From the sequence record OP752703.1: a stretch of DNA of 64,000 nucleotides; one strand, 5' to 3'. Within the stretch, counting starts at the first letter, position 1; every line of letters begins with the position of its first letter. A program made the translations under genes and the position numbers. The notes under the pieces were generated by a model, which ran no database searches, was not told where the DNA came from, and saw nothing but the letters and a program-made list of their open reading frames with translations. Of this stretch, positions 18,390 to 26,269 are shown one piece after another.

Positions 18390-18922
18390 AAGTAAACTTC
18401 AAACCCGCTGGCACCATCTTCTATAACGACGACCCTGCTATCGATAAGACAATCTTCTCAGCCACATTCGCTATCCCTACAAAGTACTTCTATACTAAAA
18501 CTATCCCTAATGAAATCAATGCCGGTGTCAAATACCTCACACAAAAACACCCCAATACAACTATAGACAGAATAAGCACACAAGCACTTAAACTGTATAT
18601 GATCCTGTACGACCTATGGGAATCTCCACTGTATAAAGTAGTAGATGAACTAGAGACTATTACCTATGTCTATATCAGAACAGATATAAACTACAATGGT
18701 GATTACTACCCTATGAATATTGCATACTATCCTAAGAAGGAAACAGACAAGAGCAATAACCCCCTCAGCCTAACGCATGCGTTAGGACATAAGAAGGGAC
18801 AGATGCATACATTCAGTACAGGGACTATCGAACATGATACTAGTAGAGTCATAGCAGTAGATGGACACGCTATGGATAGAATAGTATTCCCCTATAAGCC
18901 TAAGACTAATAAAGCCCTATAA
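18386..18922 (+). CDS. Tyr-rich array member 35 (double length)
   Basis: KLYMILYDL plus extra C-terminal segment. Confidence 0.8.
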   Translation: MKVNFKPAGTIFYNDDPAIDKTIFSATFAIPTKYFYTKTIPNEINAGVKYLTQKHPNTTIDRISTQALKLYMILYDLWESPLYKVVDELETITYVYIRTDINYNGDYYPMNIAYYPKKETDKSNNPLSLTHALGHKKGQMHTFSTGTIEHDTSRVIAVDGHAMDRIVFPYKPKTNKAL

Positions 18923-18940
18923 GAATAATATAGGGCTTTT
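18911..18940 (+). terminator. intrinsic terminator closing the array
   Basis: AAAGCCCTAT...ATAGGGCTTTT. Confidence 0.8.
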
Positions 18941-19337
18941 ACTCTGTATGGGGGACTTAGTTGTATATGAATTTTAAAAATGTACTCATTTAAGAGAATA
19001 TACAACTAAAAACTTAATCGGTAAGTTATTGATTAGTATGGGGATGGGTAAGAGTGTTGATATAACTTAATTAGAAAATTATAGGGGAAATAGTGGAGAA
19101 TTGTGGGAAAATGTATCGTAAATGATTGATTTACGGTGGATTTGATGATTCTTCTGTGCTGTATAGGGGGAGTTCAACAAACTTTTAAAAATTTCCCCAC
19201 CGAAGTTAACAGGCGTTAACTTTAATGAAAATGGTGTCATCACGGTATCTCCCTATCATTGTAGCACTGTAGTGGGGTGGTGTACTACCTAGGTAACACA
19301 CCTAGGCTGTAGAATGCCTTCTCCCACGATTGCGTCC

Positions 19338-19467
19338 ACTGTATCACGTAGTCAATGGTCTGTCAATACTTGACAACCTGATACCTGTGTTTTAAAATAG
19401 GTGGGAGGCCGGGGGACTGTGGCCTGATGGGGTTGGGTGTTGACACGGTGTTGGAATGCTGTATACT
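19338..19467. promoter_or_regulatory. back-to-back and tandem sigma70 promoters
   Basis: minus TTGACA-17-TACAGT; plus TTGACA-17-TAAAAT (19371-19399) and TTGACA-16-TATACT (19440-19467). Confidence 0.7.
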
Positions 19468-19495
19468 GGCGACACTTAAACAGAGATTTGATTAA

Positions 19496-19708
19496 ATGGG
19501 TGTGTTACTTTTTGTTCTAGCGTTGATCCTGATTGGTATTCGCTTCTACCGTGAGAGCAGGTACATTAAGGGCTGGCTAGATTGGGTTAGTACGTTGGCC
19601 CTGTATGGTGCTATGATCTACGTGTGTAGCTTCTTGATGCAGGTTCCGCATGCTGGTATTATTGTCATTCCGATTCTAGTTGTTCTAGCTGCACAGTACA
19701 TGGATTAA
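19496..19708 (+). CDS. small 3-TM membrane protein (paralogue of next gene)
   Basis: hydrophobic; MGVLLFVLALIL..FYRESRY vs MGIFLFIVCLLL..FFRDSKW. Confidence 0.75.
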   Translation: MGVLLFVLALILIGIRFYRESRYIKGWLDWVSTLALYGAMIYVCSFLMQVPHAGIIVIPILVVLAAQYMD

Positions 19709-19917
19709 TGATTATGGGTATCTTTTTGTTTATTGTTTGTCTATTGCTATTGGTTTTCTGTTTCTTTAGGGACAGTAAATGGGCCAGTGGTGTAGGCGAC
19801 TGGATTTTTAACATTGTAATATACGGTATCATGGCGATAGCCTGTACGTTTGTTATTGTATACCCTGTAGAGGGATTGTTGCTTGTGGCGATATTGATCG
19901 CCTTTGCTTGGGATTAA
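19708..19917 (+). CDS. small 3-TM membrane protein
   Basis: hydrophobic, TAATG coupling. Confidence 0.75.
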   Translation: MIMGIFLFIVCLLLLVFCFFRDSKWASGVGDWIFNIVIYGIMAIACTFVIVYPVEGLLLVAILIAFAWD

Positions 19918-19920
19918 AGT

Positions 19921-20169
19921 ATGTCTGAGAATGCTAGACTGATTCTACAAATTATTGCGACGCTACCGTGTCTTGCTATGTTCGTTGGTATTGTGTACTA
20001 TGATCGTTGGTTGTATCGTTTATCTCCGATCCTCACGTTATTGGCTTGGCTTTTCATCTTTGTGATGTGTATTGGACCGATTTGGTATGCACCTATCCTT
20101 GCATTGGTAAGTGTACCTTTGCTATTCTTACAACTCCAACACAGTAGAGCTTGCTCTAGAGACGACTAA
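19921..20169 (+). CDS. small 3-TM membrane protein
   Basis: hydrophobic. Confidence 0.75.
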   Translation: MSENARLILQIIATLPCLAMFVGIVYYDRWLYRLSPILTLLAWLFIFVMCIGPIWYAPILALVSVPLLFLQLQHSRACSRDD

Positions 20170-20492
20170 TGACATTTGTTAATTCATTTCAGGCATTGTG
20201 TATGGTGCTGATTCTAGCGGCATCGATTTTGTGGACAGTGGTAATCTTTCAGGAAGAGAGCCGCCGTCCGTTGTTCGGTAAGGAATCGCTAGGGACTGGC
20301 TGGGAAATGTTGGGCTTCATTAACATTCCCTTCATTGCTATCCCTCTAGCAGTCTTGTGTGGCGTTCCGGGTGGTATGGGTGCTGTGATTGCTATTGTAC
20401 TCTATGGGCTGTTAGGCGCATGGTTCATCCTTGACATTAAATTCATTCACCCTTATCATGGGGAGCATAGGAAGAAGAGTGGATATTATTAA
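20169..20492 (+). CDS. membrane protein
   Basis: three hydrophobic segments. Confidence 0.7.
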   Translation: MTFVNSFQALCMVLILAASILWTVVIFQEESRRPLFGKESLGTGWEMLGFINIPFIAIPLAVLCGVPGGMGAVIAIVLYGLLGAWFILDIKFIHPYHGEHRKKSGYY

Positions 20493-20874
20493 CGAAATTG
20501 GTTTTACATTCTTAATCGTAGGCGGCTATGCTTTTTGTGGCTGGCTGACCTATGTTCTAGGTAAAGCTACTTGTGCGTATACGGTCATTCTAAAGGCTTG
20601 GCGCACCCGTAAAGAATTAGAGCGATCTGAACTGATCGATGGGTGGAATGCTTATGCTCGCTATAGTGGTGAGTTAAATGGCTTAGACCCTTTGTTCACT
20701 TTCCTATGGCCTTTTGGTTTGATTGGCTGTATTTCAACTATCTTGGTCTTTACTCCTTATGCGATGTATAAGCGATGGTGGACTTACAAGGTTAAGCCGG
20801 GACAATTTACGCTACGTCCACGTTGGTGGTCAGTAGATACACTTCTTCATAACATTAACAAGAAAATCAAATGA
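20431..20874 (+). CDS. membrane protein, WP/PxW family (start uncertain)
   Basis: FLWPF...PRWWSVDTLLHNIN. Confidence 0.7.
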   Translation: MTLNSFTLIMGSIGRRVDIINEIGFTFLIVGGYAFCGWLTYVLGKATCAYTVILKAWRTRKELERSELIDGWNAYARYSGELNGLDPLFTFLWPFGLIGCISTILVFTPYAMYKRWWTYKVKPGQFTLRPRWWSVDTLLHNINKKIK

Positions 20875-21254
20875 GCTACCATTCCCCGCTAGAAGTTTTT
20901 GCTACAATTGCAGTCATCTACATTAGTGGTGCGGCTGTGACCCATCTAGGTTCTCGCATACTGGAAGTATTGAACTATCTGCGCTATACTTCTGTCGATG
21001 GTACTAAGGTAACTGCGTATGGTATCAAGCGAGCTTGGCGTCTAGAGGGTGAGAGTGATACCTTCGAGTATGTTCTATTCGTGGGAACGTTGTTCTGGCC
21101 CTTTGCATGGATTGTTAATCCCTTCCTGTATCACAAGACGTTCATGTGGGTGATTGGTTATCCTGCTCGTTCGTTGAATATTCGTATGCCTTACTGGATG
21201 ACAGTACAGGGCTTTGCTGACCGTGTTAATAAAAAGAGAGAGGCACGACGCTAA
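20871..21254 (+). CDS. membrane protein, WP/PxW family
   Basis: LFWPF...PYWMTVQGFADRVN. Confidence 0.75.
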   Translation: MSYHSPLEVFATIAVIYISGAAVTHLGSRILEVLNYLRYTSVDGTKVTAYGIKRAWRLEGESDTFEYVLFVGTLFWPFAWIVNPFLYHKTFMWVIGYPARSLNIRMPYWMTVQGFADRVNKKREARR

Positions 21255-21571
21255 TGTTAGAATCTGTAGGAATTGTGTGTGGTGTCCTATCGGTCATCAT
21301 TGGTGTATACTTCGCTGGTAGTGTATCTGTAGACTCGATCTATGGATATTACCCTGAAAGCTATGGTATGCCTGCTATGTTCGGCTGGCCCATTGCGTTC
21401 TTCTGCACTATTCTATCTGCTGGTTTGTGGTTTATTGGGGTGTTATGCTTTGTTGTTTTTGTAGCTATTGTAGTACACCTACACCAGATTAGGGGACCAC
21501 GTGGTTGGTATGATAACAATACTGATCCGCCACCGCGAAAGACTGATAATTCTTTAAAGGATTTGGAATGA
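21254..21571 (+). CDS. membrane protein
   Basis: hydrophobic, FGWPI. Confidence 0.7.
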   Translation: MLESVGIVCGVLSVIIGVYFAGSVSVDSIYGYYPESYGMPAMFGWPIAFFCTILSAGLWFIGVLCFVVFVAIVVHLHQIRGPRGWYDNNTDPPPRKTDNSLKDLE

Positions 21572-21975
21572 CTGTTATCGACGTAATTAGATGGATCATC
21601 CTAGGCTACATTGCCGGCGCTATGCTTATGTTGGTAGGCTATTGTGTTGGCTGGGTGTGGGGTGCTACACTATCATTTGTAGAGTCGTGGGCAAAGCGAG
21701 AGCCTTTGACTGCTGATGACCTTAGTATGGACATTCGAGAAATGGGACCGCCTTTGTGGGTGATGCCTTTTATTAGTCCGCTAATCATTGGGTTGTTCGC
21801 TTTAATCTTTACTTGTGGTACAGTCTATGTCTTAGCCATGGTGATGCAGCACAGAGTAGTACCGTTGTTCAAGCGCATCACACTTGGAAATTTTAACTTG
21901 CCATCGTGGTTTAGTCTTGATAGACTAGCCACATCACTTAACAAGCTAACTGGCACTCACAATGAATCTAAATGA
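21568..21975 (+). CDS. membrane protein, PxW family
   Basis: PSWFSLDRLATSLN. Confidence 0.75.
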   Translation: MTVIDVIRWIILGYIAGAMLMLVGYCVGWVWGATLSFVESWAKREPLTADDLSMDIREMGPPLWVMPFISPLIIGLFALIFTCGTVYVLAMVMQHRVVPLFKRITLGNFNLPSWFSLDRLATSLNKLTGTHNESK

Positions 21976-22339
21976 TTTGCCCACGCACCACTTGATTCCG
22001 ATCCTACTGATTGGTTACGGCCTTATGTCCTTTGTGGCCAGAGGAATCTTGTTCGGCCTACACGCTATTCTTATCTACTTTAAGTCCCGTGTATTGAATT
22101 TTGAAGTATCGGGCATTCACTTGGAACGTTATCCGGGTGCAGACTTGGGTCATGGTGAAATGCTATTCATCTGGCCGTTCGCTCTAGTCATCATGGGTAT
22201 CAGTATGATCGGTGATATTATCCATTTCATGTGGAGGGCTGTGTTCACTACGGATGGTAGTAAGATTCGTCTGATTCCGAAGTGGTTCAGCATTGATGGT
22301 CTAGCTCGTATGATGAACGGACACAAAAAGGAAAAGTAA
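21962..22339 (+). CDS. membrane protein, WP/PxW family
   Basis: FIWPF...PKWFSIDGLARMMN. Confidence 0.75.
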   Translation: MNLNDLPTHHLIPILLIGYGLMSFVARGILFGLHAILIYFKSRVLNFEVSGIHLERYPGADLGHGEMLFIWPFALVIMGISMIGDIIHFMWRAVFTTDGSKIRLIPKWFSIDGLARMMNGHKKEK

Positions 22340-22710
22340 TGGAACCTAAAGTTTTGTATATTGCTGGATTTATGGTGCTATACTGCCTTGGTGCTATCCT
22401 GCTCCCTAAGATATTGATTATCCCCAACTTCATTGCTGAATTCGTTATCGCGTTCTTAGAGCGTCGTCCAATGAGCTACCATAAGGTGGCAGACGTTGAC
22501 TTTTTAATTGACGATGAACTATTCTGCATCATGATGTTTGCGGCATGGCCTCTGGTAATTTTGGTGGTGTGTATTGTCCATATCATCAGGGTGATTTCCG
22601 CTGCCCTAGACAGGTTCAATAACTACCGATTCACTGGCCCGAAGTGGTTGACGCTAAGGGGTTGGGTGGGTTACACTAATTCTCTACTTGGACACAAAGA
22701 ACAGAAATGA
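22339..22710 (+). CDS. membrane protein, WP/PxW family
   Basis: AAWPL...PKWLTLRGWVGYTN. Confidence 0.75.
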   Translation: MEPKVLYIAGFMVLYCLGAILLPKILIIPNFIAEFVIAFLERRPMSYHKVADVDFLIDDELFCIMMFAAWPLVILVVCIVHIIRVISAALDRFNNYRFTGPKWLTLRGWVGYTNSLLGHKEQK

Positions 22711-23033
22711 CTATTCTTTCCATTATCTCACTAACCGTATTAGTTCCTAGTATCTTCTATAACGCCATGAGGTTTGGAGCTTCTCTTGGCATGTATATGG
22801 ATGACAAGTGGCGTGAAACCAAGAACCCGCTATATGCTGTGGGTTATGTACTCACGATCATTGGCACGATGTTTGGTGGTGGCGGTAGTTTGATGGCGGC
22901 TATCCACTTCTATCATGGCAATGAAACTGTTATGATGGTCGTGGCATCTATCTCTATCCTTCTAACCATCTACTTCTCTTACTATCAAAGGTTTGGTAAA
23001 TCACTATGGGTGAAACGCTTCCTGTACTCTTAA
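22707..23033 (+). CDS. membrane protein
   Basis: three hydrophobic segments. Confidence 0.7.
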   Translation: MTILSIISLTVLVPSIFYNAMRFGASLGMYMDDKWRETKNPLYAVGYVLTIIGTMFGGGGSLMAAIHFYHGNETVMMVVASISILLTIYFSYYQRFGKSLWVKRFLYS

Positions 23034-23365
23034 TTGTTGTTGGCTCCCTACTAGGGAGTATGGCGTTAACCGTGTTCAATCTTTATGTTTGCGTATTGAT
23101 TGATGCATGGTATAATCAAACCCCGTTGGGATATGATTCATTAGAACTGGACCGTATTCTATGGGACTTTGGTAATCTGGACTACCCACTGTTCTTTGGT
23201 GGTACTATCACTGGTCTATTGACAGCGGTAACCACTGTACGTATGCTCTTCTATGTGATTGTATTCATTCCGATGGGTATTTTCAAAATCATGGGCGCTA
23301 GGTACAGATTGGATTCTGACAACATAGCCCGTATCTTAAACAATCTCCTAATTAGGAAACGATAA
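23006..23365 (+). CDS. membrane protein (start uncertain)
   Basis: ends DNIARILNNLL like family members. Confidence 0.7.
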   Translation: MGETLPVLLIVVGSLLGSMALTVFNLYVCVLIDAWYNQTPLGYDSLELDRILWDFGNLDYPLFFGGTITGLLTAVTTVRMLFYVIVFIPMGIFKIMGARYRLDSDNIARILNNLLIRKR

Positions 23366-23808
23366 TGAATATTTCTGATCTTTCTGGCTGGCAAATGTTT
23401 GGTGCATACATTGGTTGTATGATTGCTTCCCCGTTCCTCTATTGGATTCTGTGGTTTGTAGGGACATTTATTCATAGTTACGTGGGCGGTAACCGTATCA
23501 AGGTTGGTGCATTAAATTACTTTAAGTCATTCGAACCGGTTTCTGATAGAAGGACTGACCAAGAAGCTGCATCCTTCTGGTTTGGATTTAATATGTTTGT
23601 TGGTTGGCTACTCTGGCCGATTGGCTGGACGCTTGCTAGTATTGGCTTTATCATTACGATCATTACTGCTTTCTTCCAAGCTGCTGCACAGGGACTTGAC
23701 TCTGCCTTTGGAAAGCGCGAGAATGGCGAAGACGTTTGGGACTTCGGTGCTTTAACTCGCCGCCTAAATGCATCTGCTGAAAATCGCAAGAATAAGGCGA
23801 TCAAGTAA
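23365..23808 (+). CDS. membrane protein, WP family
   Basis: LLWPIG...WDFGALTRRLN. Confidence 0.75.
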   Translation: MNISDLSGWQMFGAYIGCMIASPFLYWILWFVGTFIHSYVGGNRIKVGALNYFKSFEPVSDRRTDQEAASFWFGFNMFVGWLLWPIGWTLASIGFIITIITAFFQAAAQGLDSAFGKRENGEDVWDFGALTRRLNASAENRKNKAIK

Positions 23809-23866
23809 TGAATGAAATCCTCTCCGAACTAACCCACTGGCTACAATACAAGGTAATTGACAAACT

Positions 23867-24313
23867 ATGGAACTAATTAGCACTCTTCTAAGCTTCGGTA
23901 AGCTCAATGCTGGTATCTCTATTGGCGTGACCTTCACCTTCCTCTTCCTTTACTCTGTAGTAATCCTACGTAAGCGTCGTGCGGTTAGTGAAGTCTATAC
24001 TGCCGACCTGAACGAACTGGAACTACTAGCACGTAATGAAGAAGTATCGAACGCCCGTCTATCTGCCTACAACCGCGTAACCCGTAACAAGGAAGCTCTA
24101 GAGGCTTTGCGTAAGGGTAGTGGCGTAATCGATGCCTACAATCATATGCTACTGGCTGGCTTTGCATTCTGTATCCCTGTATACTTCCTATGGCTCCCGG
24201 CTCTGATCCTGACTCTACCGATTGGTCTAGCTCTGGCCTGTGTCTACCCGGACAAGGTTAAGGCTCTACTTGCTAAGACGGTAGCTGTTGACAAGAAGCC
24301 TGCTAGCCAGTAA
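23867..24313 (+). CDS. membrane protein
   Basis: two hydrophobic segments, FLWLPAL. Confidence 0.75.
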   Translation: MELISTLLSFGKLNAGISIGVTFTFLFLYSVVILRKRRAVSEVYTADLNELELLARNEEVSNARLSAYNRVTRNKEALEALRKGSGVIDAYNHMLLAGFAFCIPVYFLWLPALILTLPIGLALACVYPDKVKALLAKTVAVDKKPASQ

Positions 24314-24344
24314 TATACAAACTCTTCCCAACGAGTGAATCACC

Positions 24345-24641
24345 ATGATGCTGTTTGACATTGTACGTGACATTAACGACAAGATTACCCACTCTATGAA
24401 TGAGGGTAAGCCCGGTAAGCGCGGAATTTATCTAACAGGAACCACGGATGGTTACAATGTAGTGTTTCACTTCATGGGCGAAGTAGTGTGGGACTCAACT
24501 GTGTGGGCCTATCACTATGAAGGCGATGACGTGACCGACGAACAGGTTGCTCTAGAAATGGAGCGCATCCGTGGTCACGTCACCGCCAAAGCACAGAAAC
24601 TAATCAATCAATTCTTTAACATCCAACTGGATAACGATTAA
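24345..24641 (+). CDS. hypothetical protein
   Basis: ORF track. Confidence 0.7.
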   Translation: MMLFDIVRDINDKITHSMNEGKPGKRGIYLTGTTDGYNVVFHFMGEVVWDSTVWAYHYEGDDVTDEQVALEMERIRGHVTAKAQKLINQFFNIQLDND

Positions 24642-24943
24642 TGAACCTTGCTGACCTTTCCCCCGGCTATCAAATGATCTATATCATTTCGTGCGTACTA
24701 CTGTCTGCTCTGCATCTATTTCTGATGGAAAAGGCGCTGTATAAAATTTATCGTATCCTGTTCAACCGTCATACATTCAGCAATAAGGTAGAGAAGTTCG
24801 GGTTTTACCTGCACGGCATTCTAGCGTATGCTGGTGGTATGACTCTGGTTCTCTCACCGCTGCTATTCATTGACCTAAAGTATGGTCTAATGGGAACCGG
24901 TTTTATTCTATTGATTCGTCTACTACTAAAGGGTAAGCTATAA
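24641..24943 (+). CDS. membrane protein
   Basis: hydrophobic, TAATG coupling. Confidence 0.7.
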   Translation: MNLADLSPGYQMIYIISCVLLSALHLFLMEKALYKIYRILFNRHTFSNKVEKFGFYLHGILAYAGGMTLVLSPLLFIDLKYGLMGTGFILLIRLLLKGKL

Positions 24944-25701
24944 TGAGTCGTGCTTCTGATGCAAAGTCTCTAGGTGATCGAATGAAGGAGTATGAAGATG
25001 CATACCGCATCAAGCTCTCCCGTCGAATGCCTGTAATTATCCGTCTAGATGGTAAGGCGTTCCACACTTGGACTAAGGGCCTAGACCTACCGTTCGATGA
25101 TACCTTTATGGGTATGATGGCGGCTACTACCAAGTTCCTAGTAGATAACATTCAGGGTGCTGTGTTCGCATACACTCAATCGGATGAAATCTCAATCCTC
25201 TTGCGCAACTACGATTCGCTGACCACCGATCCTTGGTACGACAACAATCTTCAAAAGATGGTGTCGGTTGCCGCCAGTCTAGGCACTGGCCGTTTTAACC
25301 AGTTGTGTAATGAATTCCTAGAAGACCCTAAGCTGGCCTTCTTTGATGCCCGCGCTTTCATTCTGCCCAAGGAAGAAGTAGTTAACTATTTCATCTGGCG
25401 TCAGCAGGATGCAACCCGCAACAGTATTCGTGCTGTAGCGCATCACTACCTTGGTCACAATGCTATCCTTGGAAAGAATAACAGTGAAGTGCAGGATATG
25501 TTGATGGGGCTGGACGTTCCCGTAAATTGGAACGATTACCCTATTCACAAGAAGCGCGGATACTGCTATAATAGCCTTTCTAAGGAAATCGATCAGCACA
25601 TTCCGATCTTCTCTGCAAGTCGAGATTATGTCGGTCTACACCTAGAAAAGCTAGAAGATGCATCGCTGGAAGAAGTCCAGCAACTTATGGGTGAAGAGTA
25701 A
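24943..25701 (+). CDS. thg1: tRNA-His guanylyltransferase Thg1/TLP (3'-5' polymerase)
   Basis: IRLDGKAFH, YTQSDEIS, FDAR, WRQQDATRNS. Confidence 0.92.
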   Translation: MSRASDAKSLGDRMKEYEDAYRIKLSRRMPVIIRLDGKAFHTWTKGLDLPFDDTFMGMMAATTKFLVDNIQGAVFAYTQSDEISILLRNYDSLTTDPWYDNNLQKMVSVAASLGTGRFNQLCNEFLEDPKLAFFDARAFILPKEEVVNYFIWRQQDATRNSIRAVAHHYLGHNAILGKNNSEVQDMLMGLDVPVNWNDYPIHKKRGYCYNSLSKEIDQHIPIFSASRDYVGLHLEKLEDASLEEVQQLMGEE

Positions 25702-26006
25702 TGTGGGATAAAATTAAGTATAATATAGGTGCGCTTGCTATTGCACTTCTATTATTTGTACCATTTCTATTATGGGTATTCGCTCCACCGACTAGCCCAG
25801 CGGATAATGATTGGTATTTGGTTTGCTCAGGAAAAGACAAGGACTATCTTGTAAAGTCCGAAGGAAAGCCTTATACTAAGGACGGCTTCATTTATGTTGA
25901 TGGAGATTCATTCATCACTGCGGAAGCTGGTATGACCTGTAAGCCTGTAACGGGTGAAGTGGTGCGCGCCGCCATTGGTCAAAAGGGCCTAGAACAAGGA
26001 AAATAA
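25701..26006 (+). CDS. membrane-anchored hypothetical protein
   Basis: N-terminal TM, coupled start. Confidence 0.7.
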   Translation: MWDKIKYNIGALAIALLLFVPFLLWVFAPPTSPADNDWYLVCSGKDKDYLVKSEGKPYTKDGFIYVDGDSFITAEAGMTCKPVTGEVVRAAIGQKGLEQGK

Positions 26007-26009
26007 AAT

Positions 26010-26186
26010 ATGAAGAACGAAACTCGTTACTTTGTGTTCAGTAAGGTTGCAGCAGTCCGCACTGGCATGCTAAAATCCCTAAAGAACGCAGAGACTCGAC
26101 AGGAAGCCCGCGACTTTAAGTCAGAAAAGGCAACCCCGTCAATCTACGGTATCTTTGATCGTCATAGTCATTCGATCATTCGCTAA
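26010..26186 (+). CDS. small basic hypothetical protein (58 aa)
   Basis: hand-translated MKNETRYFVFSKVAAVRTGMLKSL... Confidence 0.6.
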   Translation: MKNETRYFVFSKVAAVRTGMLKSLKNAETRQEARDFKSEKATPSIYGIFDRHSHSIIR

Positions 26187-26195
26187 AATTTGAAA

Positions 26196-26230
26196 GGGGG
26201 GTTGACAACCCCCAAACCTTCCCCTATAAT
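26196..26230 (+). promoter_or_regulatory. sigma70 promoter with -35 inside a hairpin
   Basis: GGGGGTTGACAACCCCC; TTGACA-17-TATAAT. Confidence 0.85.
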
Positions 26231-26269
26231 TCTCACTATCAACTCCCCCTTACAGGAACATAGAGAAAC

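Larger units (their letters stand above)
10261..18922 (+). repeat. tandem array of 35 paralogous small Tyr-rich genes (K-x5-Y-[DE]-F family)
   Basis: contiguous ORFs, mostly 69-101 aa, many joined by ATGA/TAATG overlaps, each with one copy of the motif. Confidence 0.9.

Noticed and set aside
10261-18922. Array as CRISPR, integron cassettes or a DGR target
   Set aside because: No DNA direct repeats with spacers, no intergenic room for attC sites (genes overlap), and no reverse transcriptase or template/variable repeat pair in the window.
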